Shown here: positions 11,190-24,129 of the stretch, in pieces | How the letters are laid out: each line of letters opens with the position of its first letter | Numbering within the stretch: the first letter of the stretch is position 1 | Source: Octopus bimaculoides | Taxonomy: Eukaryota | Length of the DNA stretch: 53,521 nucleotides | NCBI RefSeq assembly: GCF_001194135.2 | Contig: NC_068982.1 | Location: 26,493,694 to 26,547,214 of the forward strand | Reading direction: 5' to 3' | The notes under the pieces: model-generated | The model's database searches: none | The model's input: the letters and a program-made list of their open reading frames with translations, nothing else | Told to the model about the DNA's origin: nothing | Translations under genes and position numbers: made by a program

Positions 11190-12997
11190 CACAACGCGAA
11201 TACAAAAGATGCCATGACAATGTGGCATGAAAGGGGATTTTACACAAAACAACGGGTACACAATTAAAACAATAGCAATAATATCAAAAAAGAAACATAT
11301 AACAATGAAAGTTCCCCAATAGGGGTAACCACCTAGGGTTGGCTCAGGTACCCTACCAACCCTGAACCACTCGCCGTATCGAGGGCGTCCGGGAAGGGCA
11401 CCCTTCTCCCTCTTAAATTCAATAGCCTACAGGTGAATTATTAGAGTAGGTCCACTCACACGGGCCATTTTCGCTACGCTGACCCACCTTTTTAACAAAT
11501 GTACTGGGGGGAGCACTTCTCTCTTCACTCTCGTCTTCCTTTCTAAGTGAAATCTCAAAAAGTTGATGAGGGACTGGCCAAGAGAAAAGTGTCTGTTTTC
11601 AGTCCTTTCAGCCTGGTCCGCCATAAATCCTCTTTCGCTATTGCTTGCCCTTCTGGATCATTGATCCAGAAGGCGAGAGATCGACCTTCATTATGGACTC
11701 GGCCGATAGCCGAATCCGTCCTGCACGTGATAACAGCTGTTTAGCACAACTCCACAAGTCAGTAATGCACGGACACTGGATGAGCGCGTGCAGAACGTTT
11801 TCGTCGCTCGGCACGCATCCCGGGCGGGTCCGTCTGACAGCACTTCCGTAACTGTAGAGTTTATCACGAACCAGTAGTGCTTCTCACTTGTAGCACTGCC
11901 ACGCTAGGGATTTCTGGAAGTTTTCCATCGTCTCCGGCTCGAAAGTCCTCTTGGACAGACTGGTCAGTTCGACTTCGTCGATGCCTAGCGCCTCTCCGAG
12001 TGCGTCATCACTTTTTCCTTCCACTAACCCTCTATAGAACTCGAGAGTGGACGTTCCACTAATCGCATTGCCTCTCTGGTAGGCGACAGTGAGTGTGTGG
12101 CAACATTCCAGATGTTGAAAGCCCACCGACTTCTCCGGGTTAAGTTTTACTCCCGTCAACTTTTCATCGGAGTACAAGTCTGGCATACTTACGTAATGCT
12201 CGTAGGAAAGATCGTCTAAACCGTGTGACAGCGCCTCGTGCAGCCGACAAGGCCATCCTGAATTTCGGCTGAGTTATCTGCCGTTCACAGCGCTTAGCGT
12301 CGGCCGTCGAGAAATGCGGCAAGCCATCGTGGTAGGGACTGAAGTCAACCACCGCCTCCACCCCGCCACACTCCTAGAACAACCGAGCAAAGTGTGGCGA
12401 AAGGCCTCACACATCTGCCTGGAACCATTCAGCTCGTGTCCGGCTCGGTCTGTCAAAAATCGAATTGTGGTTTTATTACCACGCTGCGCCTCTGCCACGC
12501 AGGCCCATCGAACAGCTGTCATCCCCTTAGCTCTGACAATGCAAGCTTCATGTTTCGCATGCAAGAACTCGTCTAATGCCATTCTCGCTGCTAGCACGTC
12601 GGTTGCAATGCCACTACAAATAGCCTCGTCTAATTTAGCTACTAACACCTCCCCCTTTCCATTTTTTCTACCACTATTTCTTTCCTAAACCCTATCGATA
12701 TAACTCTAATCTCTGTTTTGAGAGCTGCCCACCACCTGTTGTTGATAACCCCACCCCATCTATCAGCTTCTGCTTAACAAAATAGTTGACGCGGTCCCTG
12801 TAATCCTTATATGCCGGAAATGACGTGTTTGGCTTCCAGTACCCAGGTCTTAACCTACGTGTCTTATCTAGGTCGACCGTACAGATTACAAACTTATGAT
12901 CTGAATGGTCCTAACTTTAGATTATTTGTGGATATTTCAAGCAGTTCTTCTCTCCAAATATTATAACTGTATCAAGGAATTTCCAAAACACTTCAAG
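11190..12997 (-). mobile_element. L1/Tx1-like non-LTR retrotransposon relic (ORF2 pseudogene, RT core deleted)
   Basis: Minus-strand frames give the APE end motif SDHKFVICTVDLDK (12904 downward), PGYWK, linker helices, the start of RT (LDDLSYEHYVSMPDL), the RT end (LTGVKLNPEKSVG), NFQKSLAWQCY, a zinc-knuckle remnant (PGCVPSDENVLHALIQC) and a C-terminus ending GPTLIIHL* at 11427; multiple frameshifts. Confidence 0.85.
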
Positions 12998-13412
12998 TAT
13001 ATATATATATATATATATATATATNNNNNNNNNNNNNNNNNNNNNNNNNNNNNNNNNNNNNNNNNNNNNNNNNNNNNNNNNNNNNNNNNNNNNNNNNNNN
13101 NNNNNNNNNNNNNNNNNNNNNNNNNNNNNNNNNNNNNNNNNNNNNNNNNNNNNNNNNNNNNNNNNNNNNNNNNNNNNNNNNNNNNNNNNNNNNNNNNNNN
13201 NNNNNNNNNNNNNNNNNNNNNNNNNNNNNNNNNNNNNNNNNNNNNNNNNNNNNNNNNNNNNNNNNNNNNNNNNNNNNNNNNNNATAAGCAACAAGACATC
13301 AAGTAGTGATGCTTATTTTGAATTTATTCACCTTACTTCGGGCTGTGCGGACAATACCGGACTGACTTGGTGCTTCAACTTAAGTACCTAATTCAACTGA
13401 ATATCAATTATT

Positions 13413-13455
<43 letters not shown>

Positions 13456-14058
13456 GTGTATGTGTATGTATATGCATGTGTGTGTGTGTGTGTGTGTGTG
13501 TGTATTCTAGAAAATGTAAAAATGCGTAATTATTGAATTAACTGTAAAACTGTAACATATGTCTATACATTTTGTATATATGTCTCTTCATGCATGTACA
13601 ATATTTTGTTTAGCCGCGGCCGGCGTCACGCGTGTTAGCTGATGCTGATTTACGATAAGGAAACAAATATCTCAAAAAACATTTCAGCGTTAACTCCCTT
13701 GCGATGAATAACTAAGAAATCACAAATGTTTTCACCAATTCCTCTAGAGGGTGCCTTGAAATAACTGCTGATGTTGTTCAATACCTGTTGCTTAAAGCGG
13801 GAAATCATTTCAACGGGGCAAATAGTAATGAATTCTGGCGTATTGAAGATGATGAAAATGAAAACTTTTTGCATATCAAAATGCAGAAAAGCACTTTTCT
13901 TTCAGTCCATTATTTACATGATTTTTTTTGTTTGTTTTTTTTTGCTTTGGAGTTGGATCTCGAAGCACATAAATGGTGTGTTCACCGCCCACTTTAACAA
14001 CGTTTCTGTATAGTCGAATGTGCCGTGGATGGAATGTAATAAAATGTATAGCGATCCA

Positions 14059-14098
<40 letters not shown>

Positions 14099-15789
14099 TA
14101 TAAATAAATAAATAAATAAAGACGAAAATAAATGGGAAAACATAATAATCATAATAAAGAAATAAATTTCCTCCTCCAACGTACGCATCATTGAAATAGG
14201 AACAGTGTTATTAATGGTCGATAGCTAGAATCAGATTTCACAGTTGAGATTTGTTACAGATGTCTTAGAGAAAGCGCTTATATATTCAGCACTATCATAA
14301 CATTATTTTTAACTTGTTACTGCAAAGCATGTTTATAGTAGATATGTAGGTATGATATTAGAAAACTAGTTAATATATTTAGGAACAGAAAAGAAAAACA
14401 GAAAACAATTTCTGAGTAGAAGATATAAAAAGAAATAGAAGACCCACACACATGTATCTACTAACACGTGCACCTCCAAACACACTCAAACACAAATATA
14501 TTTAAATCAAAGAACATTCTTTTCAAAGCAGTGTATTTTTGCACTAAACTTCACCTATTGTCCTGAAATACATATATATATATATGCATACACATACACA
14601 CACACATACACACACACATACACACGTGCGTATGTATGCATATATATATATATATACGTATATCTATATCCATTTATATATATTTATATATATATATATC
14701 TTCATACATATACATACATATAATATACACGTGTGTGTGTGTGTGTGTGCGTGGGAGGGTATCTGCATATGGTTTTAAAGACTATCGCTATATTCAGCAG
14801 AGTGTAACTATCTTTTCAAAGACATTGGCGCAGAGTGTAAAACGCAAAAAAAAAATAATAAATANNNNNNNNNNNNNNNNNNNNNNNNNNNNNNNNNNNN
14901 NNNNNNNNNNNNNNNNNNNNNNNNNNNNNNNNNNNNNNNNNNNNNNNNNNNNNNNNNNNNNNNNNNNNNNNNNNNNNNNNNNNNNNNNNNNNNNNNNNNN
15001 NNNNNNNNNNNNNNNNNNNNNNNNNNNNNNNNNNNNNNNNNNNNNNNNNNNNNNNNNNNNNNNNNNNNNNNNNNNNNNNNNNNNNNNNNNNNNNNNNNNN
15101 NNNNNNNNNNNNNNNNNNNNNNNNNNNNNNNNNNNNNNNNNNNNNNNNNNNNNNNNNNNNNNNNNNNNNNNNNNNNNNNNNNNNNNNNNNNNNNNNNNNN
15201 NNNNNNNNNNNNNNNNNNNNNNNNNNNNNNNNNNNNNNNNNNNNNNNNNNNNNNNNNNNNNNNNNNNNNNNNNNNNNNNNNNNNNNNNNNNNNNNNNNNN
15301 NNNNNNNNNNNNNNNNNNNNNNNNNNNNNNNNNNNNNNNNNNNNNNNNNNNNNNNNNNNNNNNNNNNNNNNNNNNNNNNNNNNNNNNNNNNNNNNNNNNN
15401 NNNNNNNNNNNNNNNNNNNNNNNNNNNNNNNNNNNNNNNNNNNNNNNNNNNNNNNNNNNNNNNNNNNNNNNNNNNNNNNNNNNNNNNNNNNNNNNNNNNN
15501 NNNNNNNNNNNNNNNNNNNNNNNNNNNNNNNNNNNNNNNNNNNNNNNNNNNNNNNNNNNNNNNNNNNNNNNNNNNNNATATATTTATATATATATACATA
15601 GAGAGAGAGAGAGAGTGAGGGGATAGAGATATATAAAGAATGTATATATGTACTTGTGTGTGTGTATGTCTCTGTGTGTGTATGTCTCTGTGTGTGTATG
15701 TCTCTGTGTGTGTATGTCTCTGTGTGTGTATGTCTGTGTGTGTGTTGTGTGTGCGTATGTGTATGTGTCTGTGTCTGTGAATGCATGCG

Positions 15790-16005
15790 TATCTTTGTAT
15801 CTGTGTTTGTACCCAACCACTCTTTGGAAACCGGTGTTGGTATGTTTACAATCCCGTAACATAAAAGTTCAGAATAAGAGACCGATAGTAAAAGTATGTA
15901 CCACGCTTTAGAAAAAGAAAGTACTTGTGTCGATTTATTCGATTAAACTTCTCTAAGGCGGGGTCCCATAGCTGCAGTCTCATGACTGAAACAAGTAAAA
16001 GAAAA
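15790..16005 (+). mobile_element. Family B tail of the composite SINE, preceded by a TG-rich tract
   Basis: GTTTACAATCCCGTAAC...GAGACCGATAG...GTCGATTTATTCGA...GACTGAAACAAGTAAAAG; similar to 50650-50800. Confidence 0.8.
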
Positions 16006-16518
16006 GATAAAAAATAAAAGATATATTATATTTGAAAAAAGGGGAGGGTTTCTTGCACTTATAAAATTTTAATCTGTTCATTCAAATATCTCTTCTATAT
16101 TGGCATATATTTTCTGTGAAAATGACAGATATACACAAAAAATCGTGAAAATTTATTTCATTTGTAAAAATGATTTGTTCGCTTTTTAACATTACAAGAA
16201 GACGTTTAGAAAAGTAATCAACATACATTTTCGTTTTATTTGTATGTTTTCTCTGTATTTGTCTTTCGGTGTATATGATGTTGAATAATATATTTTCGAT
16301 TATTTTTCTCTTTCGGTAATACACTGTCAAGGGATGACGTTACGAGAAATGTGTTTTCGATTAATGCACCGTATCCCACATATGTTTGTGCGCGAGCATA
16401 TGTTTGTGTGTATATATAATATCTAATTGTGTGCGCGCGCGTATTTGTGTGCTGTACATATATCATATATATATATGTGTGTGTGTGTGATGTATAAGTA
16501 TATATGTGTGTGTGTATG

Positions 16519-16583
<65 letters not shown>

Positions 16584-16908
16584 CTACATACATATATATA
16601 CAACATACACATATGTATGTGTGCATGTAGGGGGTGTAATACACAGGCGCAGAAATGTTTATGTAATGTATATGAGGAGATCTGATAACGTAATGAAAAG
16701 AAATAGACATTCATTGCAATATAACTTGTACGAACAAGAAACGGTTCAAGTTTGGACGTGGAATGTAAAGTGACATCTATTTATATGTAAACTAAACACT
16801 TTGAGTTGTTTCAGTGGGCGCTCTCTTGCCTGATATAATAAGCTAAGATTTTTTAATAATTATAATTTCACCCTTAGTTATGAAAGCAATCATGTTTGTA
16901 AATGAATT

Positions 16909-17920
16909 ACAAAGTGCATTCCAGAAGGTTTGAGACTTTTCCAGGAGAGAAATTTATTAATTATAAAGATATACAACTCTAGAATCCTCCGGCTTCGGTG
17001 CACTTGTTAAAGTACACTAGCCATTTCGGGAAGGCCTTATGGAAAACCTCCAAAATGGAGATGTCCAGAACTCTCGTCAAACATTCCTTCAGTTTCATGT
17101 CTTCAAAACGACTGCCCCTGAAGTTCTCCTTCAGCGTGGGGAACAACCAAAAGTCACAGGTAGCAAGACCAGTAGATCGTTATCATGATGGAACTGTGGA
17201 CTGGTACATTGCCCTGGTACAGATACCACCGGCACATTTAAAACACAATCTCTTCCTGAACTCCTTTAAACACCATATAAAGTACTCTTACTTGACGGTC
17301 AGACCAGAGAGAACCCAATGGAGACAGATGATGCCCTTGCTGTCGAAAAAGGAGACTTGATTTACCAGACAATTTTGGATCTGGGGGAACCAGGATGCTT
17401 CCATTGGGTTCGCTATCTTAGTCTATGGATCATAGCAGTAGATTCAGCTTTCGTCACCAGAGATTGAAGTACTCTTTTATCGGAGGTAATGTGCCCAACC
17501 CTCCTCTACTTTTACTAATGCGTTATTCCTTCTATTTGTCATTGAGAACCCTGTGAATAAAATCTTCACAAATGTTGCGTATGTTCAGATCTTCATGAAT
17601 AATTCTATGACAGTTTCCACACTAACTCCAAACTGTATGTTTATTGCCTTTACAGACGCACAGTGCTTTTCATCCAGAAAATTGCGATTTTTTTCAACCA
17701 GCTCTGATGTTCTGACGTCTCTGTCCCTCCCATTTTTCTCATCGTCTCTCACTTTCTTTCTGCCGTCTATGAGTATCTTATGCTCGGCTCATACAAGTTA
17801 ATCTACAAGCAGTCAGAAACATTTTATAAGATTCTGCAGCGTTTTTGCCCAGTTCAACACAATACCACTGAAATCTTCGTTATTTGGCTCCAGAAATTCT
17901 GTGTCTGAGGTCACGTATAG
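16909..17920 (-). mobile_element. Decayed mariner transposon (transposase pseudogene)
   Basis: Minus frames: DGRKKVRDDEKNGR (HTH region), SGDES.IYCYDP (first catalytic D), LATCDFWLFPTLKENFRGSRFED...KWLVYFNKCTEAGGF. Confidence 0.85.
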
Positions 17921-17944
17921 TGAAAACATTTAGAGCATAATACT

Positions 17945-18510
17945 TCTGGGACTACATTATCCCAAATATCATTCATTTGTTAAAGATGATTGGGTGTGAT
18001 TTGAGTCTGAGCTGACTGTTATTTATAATAGATTAAATGACTGTGTAGGGGGCTTCTCGTTGACTCGTCACCATCTTGGTTCTTATTTTTGCCCTCATTG
18101 CTTTTGTTCTTTATGTTGTAAGCAATTATTTGGAAGAGTGTAAGAACTCTGATTGAGCAGCCAATAATCAAAGGCCTTCCAGCCATAACAATCCCACTTT
18201 TTCTTTAAGAATTAATGCAATCTCGTCTACAATACCTAATGTAATTTTTGTTTCAATTAGGTCGAGTGACCAAACAGAAAGCCTTTTACTATTTAGTGTT
18301 GTTATTGCTTTGATACCAGATCAGCCTTGATTTAGCGAACCGAGGTCAAAATATTCAAGCTACAATCATCATTTATTTTTGATCATATGTAATGCTCTAA
18401 AGAAGATATAAAACAATCGTTTGCTTCGAATTGCTTGGTGTGGTCTAAGGGAGATATGATTACTATTTATAGCAGATCAAGCAATAATGTAGAGATTCTC
18501 ACGCTGGTTC
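17945..18510 (+). mobile_element. Cluster of decayed family D repeat fragments
   Basis: GGGTGTGATTTGAG, TCAAAGGCCTTCCAGCCATAAC and GGGAGATATGATTACTATTTATAGCAG motifs shared with 37840-38040. Confidence 0.5.
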
Positions 18511-21500
18511 GAAATGCAGTGTGATGCACTGTGTTATGTAAAAATTGCAATTTTGTAACATTATCGTGAGTGCAGCATTATGATTTGTGCAGTTCAAATA
18601 TTTATTATTCCAGTAGATATAGCCCCATTAATCAAGGCAGTAACTTATACTTCATTGTGGATAGTTTGATTCATACAATACAATTTTAAGTAACTTTATA
18701 TTATGTGCTGGCAGAAAAGTTGCCAGAATGGCTTCTCAGCGAATGTATAATGCGTTGTAAACCTCCAATGAGTTTATATATTTATTCCGAAAAAATATAT
18801 GCCCCCTCATTTGTGTCTCAGATGGAAGCAATGTCATATAAGGTAGAACGAAAATAAGGTACATCATATCTCATATCTGTAAGGATGCATTGAATCTTTA
18901 ATCCGTACGTAACACTTGTGTTATGATTTGAAGTCAGCACTGCATGCTAATCCAAAGCGAATATATTACTAGAATCTGTTAAAAGTTTACTTGGTCTCCA
19001 TCATAAGCTTCGTCTTAATGATCGAACTCACAGTTGGATATCCAAAAGGCATTACTAGACAAATTTATCAACACAAGTCTCTATTTTCTCACAGCAAACG
19101 TCACCAATGTTTTGGAAATAAGCTTCAATCTCGTCTTATACTTTAGCACTTTATCTCAGGCACTACATTTTCTAATATACATATAACCTCAAAACTGTAA
19201 CATCACTACACATCATTAAAATAAAAGTTGGGTAGTTATCGCATTCTTCCTACAGTATTTTTATCACACATACATATCACACGTACACACACATATACAC
19301 AAATATATATATATATATATGCGCACATATATACGCATACACACATACACACATTTACTGCAACACACATATTGGACCATAGCAAGAGATAGCCATCAGC
19401 CAGTAACGTAGGACCTTCTGTGAGCCTAGGAAGGACTATTGAGACGATCGCACAAACTGCACATATTAGCAAACAATTCGTCCCGAAAAACATATCTTAC
19501 TTTTTTTATCAAATGAAGGAAACAATGAGGTAAAAAGTAAACATTGAAGTTTCACTCGCTTTGCTGAAAAAGCACCGAAGCCAACTTTCTTTTATATCAA
19601 AGCTAAATAAAAAGGGCAGTATATCTGAAGAAAAAGAAATAGAAAAGAATTAAACATATAATCCTGGCTGGTTTGTCTTCGACCATATTAGTTCTGCTCG
19701 TAGTTCAAAATACAATGATCCTGATTAAAATAAAGGTTGATCATGATTTAAAAGCATTTAATTCTATATTTATTCAAGTTATACTAAATTGGAGTAACAG
19801 GTCAATCCTTAGCGCCTTTCTACCTTTCTCTAAATCCGATTTTTGCAACGTCACTTCTATTTTGTAGATCATAAAATATTTACTTTTTCCCTCCTTCTGA
19901 AAGTCCCTAAAAAAAAGACCTCCAACTTTCGAGCATACATATTACATAATTATCTCTGTCTCTTAGACGGAGCGCGCGTGTGTGTGTGTTTATGACATCA
20001 ATCATAATCTTAATATGACATCAGTCATAATCCGATTACACATTGCAATAATCGGAATAATGCATGAATTCATACTTCGAATAGAAATATGGTTTCTGCC
20101 ACAGGCACAAAGCTTTCTGATTAAGGATGTACGCGACTACATTGACCTATGGTCCTCAGTAGGTTTCAAGCTTTAATAATCTATTATGTTGTATCGTCAC
20201 TAAATAATTTTCTCGTGAGATTAATTCTGTTAGTTTTTCAAATTTCTTTGTAGTGTCAGCGTATTTGAGCGAGTCAATTTTTGGATTTAATTTGTATACA
20301 ATGTGACATTTTCTTTTATTTACTCTAACGTAGAATTTTCAATCATATTCTTACGGGTGAGGAAAAGATCATAAATCAAAGCGTTATATTTTCGATAGAT
20401 TTATGCCCCTTTTTAATTCGATTCCAGCCTTTCTATTTCCGGTTTGACGATAAGCCGTAAGTTGTGGCTTGCAACAAAGTCAAGGGTACAGCACTTCCTC
20501 ATCTGACTTAGTCATAAAACTTACTATCGGTGGTCCAAACGTTTATTGTTTGTCACAGCAAGTGTTCAACATCGTTGAACTCGCTACATGAACCTAGAAA
20601 GGGCTCTACAATAGACGCACTGAACGCCCCCATTAAAGCCCCAACTACTTAATATAATCCAAAGGAAATAAATTTCAACATTTTTTCAGATGTATTTAGC
20701 TACCATTAATCAATAAAACTTGCAGTTAGTCGTTCTTTCTATCACTTCTTAAAATCTAACCCTTCCACTCTAGTTCATTGTCGCACAATACACACAATCT
20801 ATTCATATATTTCAATAAAAATCAATTAAATCCATTTGTAAACTGTTTTAGTATAGAAAGGCTATCGGCGAATAAATTCTTTTCTTTATTTTTATATTTA
20901 TTCGTCTAATTGGCACGTGTAGGCTGCTCCCTGTTAAAGAACGGAACTACAAAAGATACGAATTTTACAGTGACTGTACCAAAGCTAAGAAGCTGTATTC
21001 AAAGTTTTCAGTGGCCCTCTCGAAGCGGAAGAGTGATAAAGCCTGGTGAAAGTTTTTGCAATGACTCACACATATAATATTCTAAATATAGTTTACGAGC
21101 CGACGAGGGAGCCAATAGGTGGTCACAAAACATGCTAAAATTAGCAATGAACTCTCCTGCCAATCACATCCTGCTGCCTTTGAAAACAAAAAAGAGTAAG
21201 TTGTTCTGTTGATAAAAGACATACGGTCACGGCAGGACTGTCTTTGATGAGAGAAGTGCTCATGCACCTTCTCCCTCTATTAAACATTAATTAAAATCTA
21301 TTTCAACTTGATGGTATTCCTATTTTTTTCTTTTTCGACGCTGAAAATATTTTTAAAAGGTGGAGAAAATTAACTCCAATAAAAGGTAAATTAAGATTGT
21401 GTGTCTTAATCAGTGAATAAACGGGCCAATTAAAATTTTAGAGAATTATAGAATTCTATAAAATAGAATTAAATTCATTACTATAGGAATTTAACTCCAA

Positions 21501-21604
21501 GTTTGACTTTTGGTCAAGTCTGCATTTTAGTCTCAATTTATCAACTGTCACCATTTCATTGTCTTTTATTTACAGTGTTGTAACTTGAACTACGATATCT
21601 AATA

Positions 21605-21768
21605 CAGTGGTTCCCAACTTTTGTCATGTCTCGCCCCCCCCCCCTTAAAGTAATAATTTGTATAAGAATAAAGTTGCCCGGGGAAATTGCCCTCTTTGAC
21701 CGCCTTTAAATTCAGCTCTGCCCGTATCTCCTGGAATGCTATCTCGCACCCCTGGTTGGGAAACCCTG
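21605..21768. mobile_element. hAT-superfamily MITE
   Basis: TIRs CAGTGGTTCCCAAC / GTTGGGAAACCCTG; perfect 8-bp TSD ATCTAATA at 21597-21604 and 21769-21776. Confidence 0.9.
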
Positions 21769-23204
21769 ATCTAATATATCCATTTTTTTGCTTTTTAGAC
21801 TGATTTAAACGAAATTTACCCGTTATTTTAACGCGTCTAGTAACAACATAAAAGATCCGACGGTAACTGATTCAGAGTTTTAGTTGCCAAATGGATAGTG
21901 TCATTATAAGTCACAATACTCTTTTTATCACATAAGAAATCGGATCTTTTAGGTTTAGCTGCACTTCTTGAATTTTTAAAATTAGGTGAAATTTTTCAAA
22001 TATGGCGTATTGATGTAATTTTTCCGGCTGAATATCAGGACCTAATTCCCTTGGTCCAGACACTTTTAAAAAAGATTATAGAGGTTTAAAGTTTGGTCAT
22101 TTTTATCCAGTCAGAAAACAGGATTTGGAGGCTGTAATTTTGTGCGTGACTGCAATCGTAAGACGACAAAACAATAGTGTCAACATTGTACGATGGCTCA
22201 TGTTTTAAGCATTTAATGATCAAACAAGTAAGGAACATGTATTTCGTAGATTTAAGAGCAGAAAAAGATGGGTATAAGCAGGAAAACACAGCGTTTCTAA
22301 ACACGTGGTTTTTTGTAAATGCTTTTCTAACGTTTGGCTTGTTATTATGGAAACAGGCACCTATCTGTCTAAAATTTCGATTAGGTAAAATTACCCAAAA
22401 TTTGAAAACTCTAAAAGCTATTAACTGTTTATTTATTGACGTATGGCGAAAATAAAGTTCATGTCAATAATGAGCATAAAAAAGAACTACAAATTTGAAA
22501 TCAATTTGAAGAAAAATGAGGAAATTGAAAAGTGGCAGCCAAACAGAAGAGATCCAAGAAATCTTAGCCTTCATTTCTAGTGAATGAAGACTAGGATTTT
22601 AGGGACATTAGTTGATATATCTAGCATGTAGATCAACCCACGTGAGTTGTTTCTGTGGCTATGGCAACAGATGTTTAATATTACGGGACGGCACTCCAGT
22701 ACATCCAAATTTGAATCACTCTTACTACATTATAGACGAATATTAATATTGTAAGCTTACGCACCATAAATCGTCATATTTTAGACACCTTTTAGTGAAC
22801 ATGGATTAGGGATTCAGATAAAATATTCGGTAAGTAAGCCAGCAACGAGCCCTTTAGAGTTTAGAGTCTGAAAGATCGCTCAATTAACAAAAACTACAAA
22901 CAAAACATACCACAAATTACAATATTAATTTTTCAGAGGGTATACAACAGCGGAAAATGTAATTATATGATATTTTAGTTTTAAAAATTGGAAGCTATGC
23001 CTTCAGTATATCTAAACATAGTCCATTATGATGAGTGAGTCTGAAGTTAATAATAAATCATTAGTTAAAATCTACCTCAAATGAATAACCTAATCTCTTA
23101 GAATTGCAGGAAGCATGTAAACAGAGCATATTTGTTAGGTCTAAGTTGACCTGGTGCTAAACCAACAATAACAAGCTACATTTGTCGTTGTCTGTGAATT
23201 CCTT

Positions 23205-23243
<39 letters not shown>

Positions 23244-23608
23244 TCGATAGATAGATAGATAGATAGATAGATATAAAAACTCATTCGACATACACTTTCA
23301 AGTTAAGTATTTAAATTTATATTTAAGTGTAATGTTTCCGCGTTTTGCGTTCAATTTCGACATCGCATGAATATTTTTTCATACAATTCCCCAATTTTTT
23401 TTCTTTCTTCTAGATTTCTTTTTTGAAATATCACATATAATATCCACAGGATGTTGATTACAATATATTTGTATTTCTTAATTTAAACCAGGAATAGCCA
23501 GATATTTCTAGAAACGACTTATAGGAAAGAGCAAAGAAGAAAATGAAATCCATATTTGTATGCTCTTGTGTCCGTTTATATGTATATTATATATGCATAT
23601 GTATGTGA

Positions 23609-23656
<48 letters not shown>

Positions 23657-24040
23657 NNNNNNNNNNNNNNNNNNNNNNNNNNNNNNNNNNNNNNNNNNNN
23701 NNNNNNNNNNNNNNNNNNNNNNNNNNNNNNNNNNNNNNNNNNNNNNNNNNNNNNNNNNNNNNNNNNNNNNNNNNNNNNNNNNNNNNNNNNNNNNNNNNNN
23801 NNNNNNNNNNNNNNNNNNNNNNNNNNNNNNNNNNNNNNNNNNNNNNNNNNNNNNNNNNNNNNNNNNNNNNNNNNNNNNNNNNNNNNNNNNNNNNNNNNNN
23901 NNNNNNNNNNNNNNNNNNNNNNNNNNNNNNNNNNNNNNNNNNNNNNNNNNNNNNNNNNNNNNNNNNNNNNNNNNNNNNNNNNNNNNNNNNNNNNNNNNNT
24001 ATATATATTCACACACGCATATACACATAAAGATGCACGC

Positions 24041-24042
<2 letters not shown>

Positions 24043-24128
<86 letters not shown>
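24043..24128. repeat. (AGAT)n microsatellite, about 21 units
   Basis: Direct; similar tracts near 23240-23272 and 49687-49744. Confidence 0.95.

Positions 24129-24129
<1 letters not shown>

Noticed and set aside
7429-22775. Several TGATTTAY (Pbx-Hox-like) sites at 7429, 13646, 20369 and about 22765
   Set aside because: AT-rich 8-mers are expected several times by chance in 50 kb; not evidence of a Hox-regulated locus on their own.
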